Assembly: GCA_040218735.1 (NCBI GenBank)
Contig: JAVJQW010000017.1
Span: 64,001-128,000 of the forward strand
DNA from: Deltaproteobacteria bacterium
Lineage (GTDB): Bacteria > Myxococcota > Kuafuiibacteriia > Kuafuiibacteriales > Kuafuiibacteriaceae
Reading direction: 5' to 3'
Length of the DNA: 64,000 bases
The notes below the pieces were generated by a model. It did no database searches. It worked only from the letters and a program-made list of their open reading frames with translations, and was not told where the DNA came from. The first letter of the stretch is position 1, and each line of letters opens with the position of its first letter. Of this stretch, positions 46,976 to 59,300 are shown piece after piece. Position numbers and translations under genes: made by a program.

Positions 46976-47050
46976 TCGGGGCGAAAGGATTCGAACCTTC
47001 GACCCCTTGACCCCCAGTCAAGTGCGCTAACCAGACTGCGCTACGCCCCG
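46976..47050 (-). tRNA. tRNA-Pro (GGG)
   Basis: CGGGGCG...CGCCCCG-A acceptor; CTTGA-CTGGGGG-TCAAG anticodon arm; GTTCGAATCC; CCA not encoded. Confidence 0.95.
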
Positions 47051-47112
47051 TCGATTCGAGAACCCGTCAGATAGCGAGACGCGCCGACGGGTGTCAACCA
47101 TTTGGGGCTTTT

Positions 47113-49185
47113 CTAGACCAACACGGCGCCGGCGTTGAAGGCGGCGGCCTCGCCGAGGAGGGCGTCGTTCAGGGAGGCCCGCTCGTCGGAGACCATGGCG
47201 ACCAGCTCCAGGATCTGGGGGTGCGTCATGATCAGCTCGTCGAACTTCTTCTTCGACAGACGGAGCACAAAACAATCCGAGGTCGCGGTGACGCTGGCGA
47301 CGGTGGGCTGGTTCGTCAGGAGCGACATCTCACCGAACATGTCGCCCGGCCCGAGGCTCGCGAGCACGAGTTTGTCGCCACCGGGCTGCGACTTCGCGAC
47401 CTCCAGCGCGCCGTACAGGAGGATGAACAGCCCGGTGCCGCGCTTGCCCTCTTCGAGGAGGACGTCGCCGGCCACGAAGTTCTTGCTCTTGAAGCGCTCC
47501 ATCAGCGTCCGCCGCTCGTCCGGCGAGAACGGCGCGAACAGCGGGTGCGTCGCCATCGCCGTCGACAGCAGCCGCTGCCGGTAGAAGTTCCGCAGCACCG
47601 CCGCGACGCTCGGGTACGTGTTCACCACGTGGTCCAGGACGTCCTTGTTGATCTCGAAGATCTGCGCCTCTTCGTCGACCACCACCGACGCCGTCCGCGC
47701 CCCGTCCTGCAGCAGCGCCATCTCTCCGAAGAAAGCGCCGTCCGTGAGGATGGCGAGGTCGATCTCGTTGCCGTCCGGCCCGCGCCGCGTGACACGAACA
47801 CGGCCCGACGCCACGACGAAGAACGAGTCACCCGTCTCCCCCTCGCGGATCACGTACTCACCGGGCTCCATCTCGCGCATGTCCATCTGCACGAGCAGCT
47901 CGATGAACGCGTTCTTCGGAAGATCGGAGAACAGCGGGATCTGCGGGCGCCCGACGTCGCCGGTCGAGTCCTCGATGGGCGACGTCAGCTCGATGACCGG
48001 CGCGTCGGGCTCGACGTCCGCCTCGTCGATCGCGATGACTTCGGCCCTGGCCGGCGGCGCATCGACATCCTCGATCTCGATGACCCCGTCCCAAGTCCCC
48101 TCGGGCGCCGCGGGCGGCACCGTCGCGAGTGAAGGCTGCGTTGGCTCCAGGCCGATCGCGATCCCTTCACCGTCGTCCGCCTCGACATCGAGCGGCTCGT
48201 CGCCGTCGGACGGGGTGTCGTCCTCGGACAGCTGCGTGAGCAGCGAAGCGATCTCCGACGACGTGTCGGCGTCCACGTCGACCGCGGACTCGTCGCCGGT
48301 GTCCTCTACGATCTCGATCCCCTCGCGGAGGGTCTCGAGCGCCTCGGGGCTGACGGTGATGTCGAGCTCCGAGTCTTCGAGTCGCTCGCCCACGATCACC
48401 TTCGGCTCCTCGACGACCTCCCCGACCACGATCTCCAGATCGGAGTCTTCGGAGGCCGGCGGCGAGGTCGCGCCCGACGCAGGCCAAGCCGCGGCAGGCG
48501 GCGCCCCCGACGCGGGCCACGCGGCGGCGGCCGGCGCGCCCGTCTGGGGCCAGCCGGGTGCGTTCGTCGGCGGTGCTTCCGGCGACGACGTCGACGTCGG
48601 CCACGCGGGCTGCTGCCCGGAGGCGGCTTCGGGCGTCGACGACGACGAAGGCCAGGCCGGGGTGTCCGTTACAGCGTTCGACTGCGGCCACGCGGTGGGC
48701 GCGTCGGCCGGGGCGTCCGGCGCCTGGAGGCCTCCCCCGCCCGAGAGATCGATCATCCCGTAGTCCATCCCGGGCACGTTCCCGTGGGGCGGCGGCGAGA
48801 TGCCCATCCCCTCCAGCGTCACGGGCGGGCCCGCGGTGGCTGCGACCTGCGGTGCGGGTGTGCCGCGGCGCTTGGCGTACAGGTCCGCGAGCATCGCTTG
48901 AGTGCTGGTGTGGTCGGCGTCGACGCTGAGGATCATCTTACAGACGGCGATCGCCTTGAGGAGCAATCCATCCTCGGCGTACGCGCGCGCGACGGGTTCG
49001 TACTCCGTCACCGCGGCGTCGAAGTTGCCCATCTTCCGGTGGATGTCGCCGATCTTCAGCTGGCACTGGAGCTCGGACGGGTCTTCGAACACGACGCGCT
49101 CGTAGAGCTTGAGGGCGTCCTTCAGATCCCCTTCGGAGTAGGCGCGCGACGCCTTGTCTTTGAGCTTCCTCTGTTTGTCGCCCAT
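47113..49185 (-). CDS. TPR + acidic linker + tandem cNMP-binding domain protein
   Basis: N-terminal TPRs; FGEMALLQDGARTAS and FGEMSLLTNQPTVAS. Confidence 0.9.
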   Translation of the reverse strand: MGDKQRKLKDKASRAYSEGDLKDALKLYERVVFEDPSELQCQLKIGDIHRKMGNFDAAVTEYEPVARAYAEDGLLLKAIAVCKMILSVDADHTSTQAMLADLYAKRRGTPAPQVAATAGPPVTLEGMGISPPPHGNVPGMDYGMIDLSGGGGLQAPDAPADAPTAWPQSNAVTDTPAWPSSSSTPEAASGQQPAWPTSTSSPEAPPTNAPGWPQTGAPAAAAWPASGAPPAAAWPASGATSPPASEDSDLEIVVGEVVEEPKVIVGERLEDSELDITVSPEALETLREGIEIVEDTGDESAVDVDADTSSEIASLLTQLSEDDTPSDGDEPLDVEADDGEGIAIGLEPTQPSLATVPPAAPEGTWDGVIEIEDVDAPPARAEVIAIDEADVEPDAPVIELTSPIEDSTGDVGRPQIPLFSDLPKNAFIELLVQMDMREMEPGEYVIREGETGDSFFVVASGRVRVTRRGPDGNEIDLAILTDGAFFGEMALLQDGARTASVVVDEEAQIFEINKDVLDHVVNTYPSVAAVLRNFYRQRLLSTAMATHPLFAPFSPDERRTLMERFKSKNFVAGDVLLEEGKRGTGLFILLYGALEVAKSQPGGDKLVLASLGPGDMFGEMSLLTNQPTVASVTATSDCFVLRLSKKKFDELIMTHPQILELVAMVSDERASLNDALLGEAAAFNAGAVLV

Positions 49186-49188
49186 GCC

Positions 49189-50847
49189 TCAGTCCTGGTT
49201 GCCGCGGGACGGCGTCGGCACCGTCCCCGCGATCGTGCGTGCGAGCTGGATCGCGAGGTCTTCGACGAGCGCCGCCGCCGCCGGTCGAGCCTCCTGGGGC
49301 CCGATCCGTTCGGCTTCGTCGCCATACCGCATCAGGCGGTCCTTCGCCCAGCGACCTTCCGGCGCAGCCGCGTCGGAGAGCGATGCGGTGACCTCGCGCG
49401 CCGCGTCGAGCTGCGCCTGCACGACGAGCGCGAGCGCGCGAATTCGACGGGTCGCCCACCCGGCGTCGCCGGCCTCCTCGATGGCGCTCTCGGTCGGCGC
49501 GCGTCCGTCCGCAGCCGCCACCGCGGCGCGTAGCAGCCCGCGGACGACCGGGAACAGCGCATCGTACGGCCCGTTGTCGAGGTCGCGGCGTGACTCCGCC
49601 ATCACCGAAGCGAGGTCGATGCGCTCCGTGCGCTCCTCTTGCTCCTCGTCGCCCTGCTCGAGCGCCGCCTTGCGGAGGATGCGCTCGTCGGGCGGGATCG
49701 CGACCGTCGCGACGGTCTGCGGCACGACGGCGGGCGTCAGGCCGAGCAACGCGTGGCGGCGGGCTGCGAGCGTGGCCGCGGCTTCGAGCTTCGTACGCCA
49801 GGCCTCCAGGGTGTCGTCGTCCAACGGCGCGTCGGTCGCGCCCCACCGCGCGACGGCGACGGCGGCGCGCGGCGCGGCCTCCTCTTCGACGCCCGCGTCC
49901 GGATCCACGCGCTCTTCGACGATCTCGAGGACGTCGTCCTCGTCGTCGCCGCTCGTGTCGAAGGCTTCGTCGAGGATGTCGGTTTTGTCATTGTCGAGGG
50001 CGGCGTCCGCCTCGTGCGGCTTCGGCGCCTCGTCCTCGAGCGGCGGGACGAGGACAAACGCGTCGTCCTCGAGCTCGGGCGCCTGGGCCCGCGCGAGCGC
50101 TTCGCGGGCGACCGCGATCTCGATGAACGTCGCGAGCGACAACGCTTTCGCGTCCGTGCCGAACAGCGCGAGGACACGATCCGATCGCCCGAGCACGATC
50201 GCCGTGACGGCGGTGCTCACGCGAGGCCCGAGCGTGGTCGGCGGGAGCACGGGGAGGATCGCGCGCGTCGCGGACAACAGGTTCGACGTCGCGGCGAGCC
50301 GCGCGAGGCAGCGCGGGCTGTACGCGACCTGCGAGAGCGCGCGGTTGCGCTCCGCGCGGCTGAGCGTTCGCTCGGCGAGCCCGGCGAGGAGCGACGGTGG
50401 GAGGCCTTTCTTGCTCCCCTTGAAGTCCGCGCTGACGGCCTCGAAATCACCGAGGATGGAGTCCGCCGTCGACGCGTCGATCCCGTGGTCGACGAGCACG
50501 TGATGGATCCCGCTCCGACGCAGCGGCTCGTGCCGCAGCCCGGTGTGCCCGGCCGGAACCATCCCGACCGCGACCTTGGCGACGATGAACGCACCCAAGC
50601 TCGCGTGCAGGCCGTAGCCGTCGACCGGCTCGTCGCCCCACACCGTGGAGAGGATCGAGGCGAAGCGATCGTCGTACTCTTCGATCACGGCTTCGGGATC
50701 GACGACGATCGAGTGCGCGGTCAGCGCGCGCGCGATCTCGCGCGCCTCGTCTTCGGCCGACGTCTCGGCCCCCGGCGCGCGACGCTCCAACGCGGACCAC
50801 GAGAACGGCGCGGGGACGCCGGGTGCGGGCTCGGTCTGGGTCTCCAT
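49189..50847 (-). CDS. Hypothetical protein
   Basis: Long ORF in operon orientation, 3 bp from the next gene. Confidence 0.7.
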   Translation of the reverse strand: METQTEPAPGVPAPFSWSALERRAPGAETSAEDEAREIARALTAHSIVVDPEAVIEEYDDRFASILSTVWGDEPVDGYGLHASLGAFIVAKVAVGMVPAGHTGLRHEPLRRSGIHHVLVDHGIDASTADSILGDFEAVSADFKGSKKGLPPSLLAGLAERTLSRAERNRALSQVAYSPRCLARLAATSNLLSATRAILPVLPPTTLGPRVSTAVTAIVLGRSDRVLALFGTDAKALSLATFIEIAVAREALARAQAPELEDDAFVLVPPLEDEAPKPHEADAALDNDKTDILDEAFDTSGDDEDDVLEIVEERVDPDAGVEEEAAPRAAVAVARWGATDAPLDDDTLEAWRTKLEAAATLAARRHALLGLTPAVVPQTVATVAIPPDERILRKAALEQGDEEQEERTERIDLASVMAESRRDLDNGPYDALFPVVRGLLRAAVAAADGRAPTESAIEEAGDAGWATRRIRALALVVQAQLDAAREVTASLSDAAAPEGRWAKDRLMRYGDEAERIGPQEARPAAAALVEDLAIQLARTIAGTVPTPSRGNQD

Positions 50848-50889
50848 GGGGAGGAGGAGGTTAACAGGGGTTGGGTTGGCGCCCTACAC

Positions 50890-50919
50890 CCCGGTCCGGG
50901 TCCCGGTTCCGGTCTGGGC
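50890..50919. repeat. Short copy of the GGTCNN hexamer repeat
   Basis: CCCGGTCCGGGTCCCGGTTCCGGTCTGGGC, intergenic. Confidence 0.6.
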
Positions 50920-50936
50920 TCCCGATTTGGGCCGAG

Positions 50937-51614
50937 CTACATCGACCGCTTCTTGGGGCGCATGCTCTCGCGGGTGCTCGGATCCGCAGGCTCGCTCGGC
51001 TTGGAAGGATCGGCCTTCTTCGCCGCCGGAGCCTCCTGGTCGGAGTCCCCACTTCGCGTCTCGACCGCCTCGGCCGGGTCCTCCACCTGCTCGTCCTGCT
51101 CCTCGCGGAACCGGTCGAAGGCCTCCTTGCTGAAGACCTTGGAGCCCTCCGCCATCGCGTCCTTGAAGATCTTGCTGAGGTCCTCGCGGGACAGCTCCGG
51201 GCGCTCGAAGTAGGCGATGGTGAGCTGCCCGAAGCCCCACGTGATCGCGAAGGAGGAGGCCGCGCTCGCGGCCGTCAGCACCCACTTCGCCGGCGGGAGG
51301 AGGTTCTTGAGCGCGGAGATCGCGACGTGCCCCGCGAGCGTGAGGCCCCCGATCGCGCCGAGCTCCACCGCGACGCGCTTCGCCTCGGTCGCGGACAGGT
51401 CGCGGCCGAAGATCTTCCCCACGGTCATCACCATGGTGGTGTGGATGGGCAGCAAGAGCGCGAGGTCGACGAGGGGGACGGGCACCGCCTGCGACGCCGC
51501 CGAGGCGTACGCGGCGATCGCAACGACCTCCCCGCCCTTGACGGAGCGCTCTTCGTCGGAGGCCTTGCTCCAGTCGCGCTCACGGATCTCCGCGAAGGTG
51601 TCGAGCCAGGACAT
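50937..51614 (-). CDS. DUF697/YcjF-like membrane-associated protein
   Basis: AVPVPLVDLALLLPIHTTMV...GKIFG. Confidence 0.75.
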   Translation of the reverse strand: MSWLDTFAEIRERDWSKASDEERSVKGGEVVAIAAYASAASQAVPVPLVDLALLLPIHTTMVMTVGKIFGRDLSATEAKRVAVELGAIGGLTLAGHVAISALKNLLPPAKWVLTAASAASSFAITWGFGQLTIAYFERPELSREDLSKIFKDAMAEGSKVFSKEAFDRFREEQDEQVEDPAEAVETRSGDSDQEAPAAKKADPSKPSEPADPSTRESMRPKKRSM

Positions 51615-51651
51615 CGCGAAGAGTTCTACAGCAGGGGGCGGAACCCGGCTA

Positions 51652-52470
51652 TTAGAACGTGTACTTGAAGTTCACGACCTCGATGGCGAGGCCGGGGATG
51701 AAGTCCGCGCCGGCGAAGATGGCCGTGAAGCGCAGGTTCGAGCCGATCGTGAAGCCGTCGAGGAGCGTGTACAGCTCGGTGCCGACGGAGAGGCCGGCGA
51801 TCCCGCCGATGCCGAGGCCGCCGGAGTCGGGCAGCGCGCCGTTGATGCCGGGGCCGGTCGCGGCGGGCGCGAGCGGGTCCGGGTTGAGCAGCGCGAGGCC
51901 GCCGTCGAGGCCGAAGACCAGACCGACACGATCCGCGACGCGGAGGCTGCCCTTGAAGGCGACGCCCGTCTGAATCACCGAGTAGTCGTTCGGGTACGTG
52001 TTCGGATCGACGTTGGGATCGTCGTTCGCCGTCGCCGTGCCGGAGCCGCCGTTGAGCAGCATCGCGAAGCGAAGGCCACCGGAGAGCGCGAAGTCCGGGG
52101 TGTCGACGAGGTCGTAACCCGCGACGATGCCGTAGTACGGCTGGATGTTCGACGTGGGCCGCGTGGGGAGCGGACGCAGCGGGCTGTTCGTGTTCGTCCC
52201 GCCGAAGCGGAAGTAGATGCCGAAGTCACCGCTGACGAACACACCGCGGCGCACTGCGAGCGGCGTCGACGCGTCGTCCTCGACCTTCATCGCGTCGCCG
52301 GTCGCGGCGGCTTCGCCCCCTTCACCTTCTTCGGCGTCTTCGGATTCGGACGCGTCGCCCGCCTCCATCGTCTCTTCGGTCTCGGTGCCTTCCGCCTCGT
52401 CGTCCTGCGCGAAGGAAACGGCAGGAATCAGCATCGAAAGGGCGAAAGCAGCAAGGTAGGGGCTCCGCAT
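51652..52470 (-). CDS. gltH: Gliding OM beta-barrel CglE/GltH
   Basis: Signal peptide, amphipathic strands, terminal KYTF; follows gltG. Confidence 0.7.
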   Translation of the reverse strand: MRSPYLAAFALSMLIPAVSFAQDDEAEGTETEETMEAGDASESEDAEEGEGGEAAATGDAMKVEDDASTPLAVRRGVFVSGDFGIYFRFGGTNTNSPLRPLPTRPTSNIQPYYGIVAGYDLVDTPDFALSGGLRFAMLLNGGSGTATANDDPNVDPNTYPNDYSVIQTGVAFKGSLRVADRVGLVFGLDGGLALLNPDPLAPAATGPGINGALPDSGGLGIGGIAGLSVGTELYTLLDGFTIGSNLRFTAIFAGADFIPGLAIEVVNFKYTF

Positions 52471-52569
52471 TTCGGGCGCGACCATTCCAGACGGCACGTA
52501 CGAATTCAAGTGCGAAAACGGCTCACCGCCGATGTCCGTACGTGGGTCTTGTCGAGGGTTTCAGGCAAG

Positions 52570-52622
52570 GCGGCCGCAGGACGCGGCCGCCCGAGCGCGC
52601 GGCCGCAGACAGATGCGGCCGC
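52570..52622. repeat. Four GCGGCCGC palindromes (twin stem-loop)
   Basis: Copies at 52570, 52583, 52599 and 52615. Confidence 0.75.
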
Positions 52623-52640
52623 TCGAGAGGAAGACCCGAA

Positions 52641-54584
52641 TCAGGTCGCGGCGAAGACGAAGGGGTACGTCACGACCACGATGCCGCCACCACGCGGCTT
52701 CGGGAACTTCAGCGAACGCATGACCTTCACGGTGCACGCCTCGACCGTCTTGTCGTTCATCGACGTCTCGCGGACCTTCGCCGCCGCCACCGATCCGGTC
52801 GGCGCGATGGTGAAGTAGATGGAGATCTTACCCGAGAGGTTCGGGTTCGCGTTGAGCTGCTTCTCGTAGCAGTACTTGAAGCGCGCCAGGTTACGGCGAA
52901 TCACGCGACCGATCTCTTCCTTCGACAGCGAGCCCTTGATGATCGTGCGGCCGGGGACGATGCGGGTCGTGCCCTTACCGCGACCACCGAGGTCGATGTT
53001 GCCGTAGCCGCCGGTGCCGCGGCCGTGGCCGTGCGTGCCGAGGCCGCCGATGCCGAGCGAGTTGCCGCCGCCGCCCGCGCCCGTGCCGCGGGTGCCGAGG
53101 CCGCCGGCGCCGCCGGCGTCGCCCATGGCCGTGCCGCGGAGGCCGCCCATGGCGTTGTTGATGCCGGTGCCGAGGCCGCCGGGCCCGAAGACGTTGGAGA
53201 CCGCGCCGGCCTCGCCCGCACCCTTGAGGATGCCGAGCAGACCCGAGTTCATCGCGATCTTACGGTCCTTCTCACGCTTGTTCGGGTCGACGCGCGGGGC
53301 GCCGGCCTTCGACGCGAGGGCGTCCTTCTTCGGCTTGTCCTTCTTTCCGAACTTGCCTTCCTCGCCCTTGTGCTTGGCGCCGCCCTTCATGCCGGAGAGG
53401 TCGAGCTTCTTGCGCTTCTTCTCCTCCTCCGGAGCCTTGAGGATCATCTGCGCGAACCGGTTCTGGTTCTTGAACAGCTCGTCGACCATCGACGAGTTCG
53501 TGTGGGGCGTGATGAACGCGGCCGCCACGAAGAAGATGTGCAGGAGCGCCGAGATGGCGAACACACGCGGGAAGTACCAGTCCATCACCGCGCCGGCACC
53601 GAACGCCGCGTTGCCGCGAACGTACTGCGCCATGACCGTCAGCGTCCCGCTCTTGTAGACGAGCCGCTCGCCCATCTTGAGCTGGTAGGCCTTCGCCGGG
53701 AACGGCGCGTCGGTCGGGCTCAGCGACACATCGGTCGTCGTCGTCCCGTCCTTCTTGCGCAGCCCGACCTTCGCATCCGCCGGAACGACGATCTGCGCCT
53801 CGGTCCCCTGGTTCACCGCGATCGTGAAGTTGTCCGCGGGGAGCGCGTCGACCTCGAGGTCGTACTTCCGGCCGCCCTGCAGCTGGAAGCCGGAGGGGCG
53901 AATGCCCGCGGTGATGGCGCGCGGCTGCGCGACCTCGGCCGCGTCGAGCACGGTGTCGCCCCAGAGGAACGTCACCTCGAGCGCGTGCTGCTCGTTCGTC
54001 GGCTCGTTCTTCTCGCCGAGCGGCGTCGTCAGCAGATGAGGTTCGAAGTCGTCGTTTTCTTTGACCACGTTTGTGTTCGCTTTCCGTTCCCGAATGCGCT
54101 GGGTCGGCAGGTCCGCCCCAGGCTTTTGAACTGGCTCGGCGGAGGCCTTCACCTCCGGCGTCGCAGCGACCGGAGCCGCCGCTTTCGGTGCTTCGTCTGC
54201 GGCAACCGTCGCGTCTTCGTCGACGAGGTCCGCCACGCGCGGCGCCGCCGGCGTACCCGCCTGATTTGCGGGTACGGCAGCGCCGAGCTGGGTGATGGTC
54301 AGCTTGACGCCGCCCACCGCGATCTCGTCGCCCATCTTCAGCGTCGTCGGCTCGGTCACGGGGTTGCCGTTGACCGTCGTGCCGCCTTCGCTCCCCAGAT
54401 CGATGATCGTGACCTCACCCTCGGGCGTGACCTTGACGACCGCGTGAATGGACGAGACGTCCGGGTCGTCGAGGCGCAGGACCGCAGAGGGCCCACTCCC
54501 GATCAGGATGCTGTCGCTGTCGAAGACGGCGTCCGACGTCTTGCCGTCCGCCGCTGCGATCTGGAGTCCGATGGTGTTCGACAT
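52641..54584 (-). CDS. gltG: Gliding protein GltG (FHA-TM-TonB_C)
   Basis: N-terminal FHA-like domain, TM with SALLH motif, Gly-rich linker, YCYE...FPKPRGGGIVVVTYPF. Confidence 0.9.
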   Translation of the reverse strand: MSNTIGLQIAAADGKTSDAVFDSDSILIGSGPSAVLRLDDPDVSSIHAVVKVTPEGEVTIIDLGSEGGTTVNGNPVTEPTTLKMGDEIAVGGVKLTITQLGAAVPANQAGTPAAPRVADLVDEDATVAADEAPKAAAPVAATPEVKASAEPVQKPGADLPTQRIRERKANTNVVKENDDFEPHLLTTPLGEKNEPTNEQHALEVTFLWGDTVLDAAEVAQPRAITAGIRPSGFQLQGGRKYDLEVDALPADNFTIAVNQGTEAQIVVPADAKVGLRKKDGTTTTDVSLSPTDAPFPAKAYQLKMGERLVYKSGTLTVMAQYVRGNAAFGAGAVMDWYFPRVFAISALLHIFFVAAAFITPHTNSSMVDELFKNQNRFAQMILKAPEEEKKRKKLDLSGMKGGAKHKGEEGKFGKKDKPKKDALASKAGAPRVDPNKREKDRKIAMNSGLLGILKGAGEAGAVSNVFGPGGLGTGINNAMGGLRGTAMGDAGGAGGLGTRGTGAGGGGNSLGIGGLGTHGHGRGTGGYGNIDLGGRGKGTTRIVPGRTIIKGSLSKEEIGRVIRRNLARFKYCYEKQLNANPNLSGKISIYFTIAPTGSVAAAKVRETSMNDKTVEACTVKVMRSLKFPKPRGGGIVVVTYPFVFAAT

Positions 54585-54594
54585 CAGGTCGTCC

Positions 54595-54867
54595 TCAGAG
54601 GTTGTCTGTCGAGTTGAACAACTCCGGGAGGAAGTTGGCGCGGACCTTCAGGAGCGAAGTGAACTTCGTCTTCTTGCGGTTGAGCAGGTACGAGCCCTCG
54701 GGCTTCGTCAGCTCACCCTGAATGGTGACGTCCGAGAAGTCGATCACCGTCTTCTTCTTGAACTCGGTCCGGTCGGCCTCGCGAACCACGCCGCCCTCTT
54801 GGGCGAACGCAGCGCCGGCAAACGCCAACGTCATCGCCACCATCAGAATCTGAATCGAACGCTTCAT
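54595..54867 (-). CDS. gltF: Gliding protein CglF/GltF
   Basis: Signal peptide; KKKTVIDFSDVTIQGELTKPEGSY...NFLPEL. Confidence 0.9.
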   Translation of the reverse strand: MKRSIQILMVAMTLAFAGAAFAQEGGVVREADRTEFKKKTVIDFSDVTIQGELTKPEGSYLLNRKKTKFTSLLKVRANFLPELFNSTDNL

Positions 54868-55034
54868 TCCTTCGATGCTCCTCGCCTCCGGTCCTTCCGT
54901 AGGTCCAGGGTGCTCTTTTCGACACCCGATCCCACTTCAGGGTTCCGGTAATCGCTCATCTGTCCGTCGATTTCGAATCGGTCAGCAGACTGAGCGGTGT
55001 CCTTGTACCGAAAATCACTGGCCTCGGCACGCGA

Positions 55035-56378
<1,344 letters not shown>

Positions 56379-56385
56379 CGTCAAA

Positions 56386-59300
56386 TTACTCCCGCGCACC
56401 CGTGGCCGCCTCGGCCTCTTCGGCCGCAGCATCGCCCTCACCGGCGTCCATGGTGTCGACCTCTTCGGCCGGCTCTTCTTCCATCATCTCGCCGCCGGCG
56501 GGCGCCGCACGGACGTCCGCGACGATGAACCCTTCGGCCCCGCGGAACTTGCGCTTCTGCAGGTCCGGGAACTTGTTCGGGTTCAGCTCCTTGAGGTTGC
56601 CCTGCGAGGTCAGCGTGCACTCGTTGTAGATGTTCAGCTCGTAGGCCTTGTCGAGCGCGCGCTCGAACGCGCCGATCGCCTTCTCCTCCGGACCGAGCGC
56701 GACCGTGTCGAGCTCCGCGCGGTAGATTTCGAGCTGGTCGTCGGTCAGTCGCCGCGGCAGCGGCGCGTTCCGAATCGAGTTCGCCATCTCGCGGTACACC
56801 TGGCCCATGCGGGTCAGCGCGCAGATACCGTAGTCGCCGTTTCCGTACTCGAGGACCGCCAGGTACTTACCGGGCGACTTGCACTTGTTGCCGCCCGAGT
56901 CGACGCAGGCGAGCGCCTCGGCGCCGGCGAGCTTCTTCTGGAGCGTCTTGCGGTTCAGCGTCAGCTTCATGTTCTTGAAGCCGGTCCACTCACCCTCGAG
57001 GAGCTCGAACGCCGCGTGCGCGCCGGCGAGGCGGGCGCCGTCCGCGTCCTGATCCTTCTTCTTGAGCTTCGGGTACTGCTTGACGAGCGCCGTGTACTCC
57101 TTGAGCGCGTCGCGGCGCTTGCCGAGCTTCTCGTGGGCGAGCGCCACGCGGTAACGCGACTCGAACTTCTTCGCGGCCGAGGCCTTCGCGTACTTCTTCG
57201 AGAAGTCGTCGAAGCACTTCAGCGCCTTCTTCCAGTCCTTGCCGGCCTCGTGCAGCTCGCAGATGCGCCAGTAAACGAGCGCGGCGTCGTCCTTCTTCTT
57301 GAACTCCTTGGTGTACTCGGTGAACTGGTCGATCGCCTTGTCGCGGTCGCCGAGGCCCTCGTAGTACAGGCCGGAGTTGTAGAGGGCGTCCGCCGCCTTC
57401 TCGTCCTTGTCGTAGTCCTTGTAGTACTTGCCGTACAGCTGCGCGGAGCGCTCGAAGTCGGCGATGCGCTCGTAGAACTCGGCGAGTAGCCAGTCGTTCT
57501 TGATGGCGAGGTCCGACTTCTCGTACTTGCGCTTCATCAGCTCCGACGCCTCGATCGCGTGGTCGAGCTCGTCCGCCTGGTTGTAGATGAGGACCGCCGA
57601 GTAGATCGCCTTGTCGGCGTACTGCGAATCCGGGAAGTCCTTCTGGAACTGCGAGAACCGCGTCGCGATCGTCGCGAGCGCCTCTTCCTTCGCCACGGGA
57701 TCGCCCAGGTCGCGCGCCTTCTTCTCACCCGTCTGAATCGACAGGTACGTCGCGCCCTCGAGGATCGTCTGGACCTCTTCCTGGAACTTCTTGTCGCCGC
57801 GCGACAGCTTCTTGTTGTCCTTGAACCCGCGCGCGTAGCCGGCGAGCTCGTCCCACTTCTTCTGCACGTTGAGCGAGTCGAGGATCAGGTTCGCGGCCTT
57901 CTTGGAGAGCTTGTCGCCAGGCCACCGCTCGATGATCTCGTTGTACCGCTCGGCGGCCGCCACGAAGTGGTTGTGCTTGTAGTACAGGTACGCCGCCTTG
58001 AACTTGATCGCGGGGAGCTCGTTGTCCTTCGGATCCGCGATCTTGAAGTAGAGGTCGCACGCCTGGGAGAGGCGGAGCTCGTCCTCGGGGATCGGCTCTT
58101 CGTCGTACTTCTTGCCCTCCTGCAGACCCGCCAGCTTGATCTGCGTGGTCCGCGACGCCTCCGACTTACCCTTCGCCTTCTTCTCGACGACCTTCATCGA
58201 GCGGTCGAGCTTGCCTTCCTTACCCTCGGCGATGACCTTCTCGTACGCGAGGATGGCGTTGTACGCGGCGGTCCGCGCGTACTTGCCGGCGGCCTTCTTG
58301 TCGGGCTGCGTGGTCGCGACCTTCGTGTAGATGTCCGCGGCCTTCTTCCACTCCTTCAGCGCCCAGAGCACCTCGCCGTAGAAGAAGCGCAGCTCGTACG
58401 CGGAGTCGGTGTTGCTGAACGCCTCCAGGTACTTCGCGTAGATGTCGCGCGCGAGCTCGTAGGTCGGCACGTCCTTACGCTTCTGCGCGTCGCGGTGGTA
58501 CTCGGTGACGAGGTCGCGGAGCTTGCTCTCGGTCAGGTCGTACGCGTACTCGAGCGACGCCTTGCCGTCGTCGCCGCGGTCCTGCTGGTAGCGGTACCAA
58601 GGCGTGCCGGGGCGGTACAGGTCGACGAGGCGCTCGACCTCCTTGCGGACCTTCTCCTTCTTGTTGAGCTGCGAGTACGCCTCGACGATCGACGCCTGCA
58701 GGTAGGGCGACTTGTCGTGCATCGGGTACTTGTCGATGAGCATGCGGTACGTCTTGATCTCGAGGTTCCACTTACCTTGGTCGTGGAACAGCGCACCGAG
58801 CTTCGTCGTGTAGCGGATCGCGATGTCCTCGCTGCCCTTCTTCTTGAAGTAGGCGAACGCGGTGTCGGTCTCGTCGACGTACGAGAAGAAGCGCGCGAGG
58901 TCGCCGAGCGCCTCCGCCTTCAGCTGGACGGACTTCTTGTCGCCGGCCTTCTCGGAGCGGTCGATGACCTCCTTCAGCTTGGTGATGCCCGCGCCGTACT
59001 CCTGGATGTTGTAGTCGCACCACGCGAGCTTGTAGAGCGCGTAGTTGTAGATGCGGTTGCTCTTCGCAGCGAGCGCACGCTCCAGCGCCTTGCGCGCCTT
59101 CATCACGTTGTTGTCGTTGAAGAAGTGCTCGCCGAGCTGCAGGTACGCGTCCGGCACCAGGCGGCTCTTGGGGAACTGCTTGATGAGCGTCCAGTAGTGG
59201 GAGACGGCCTTCTTCTTGTTGCCCGCTTCGTACTCGTTGTAGCCCAGGTAGAAGAGGACCTCGTCGTTGCGCTCGTACGTCGGGTACTCGGTCATCACCT

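Noticed and set aside
44418-47050. tRNA-Pro-anchored integrative element
   Set aside because: No integrase and no duplicated tRNA 3' end (att) spotted by eye
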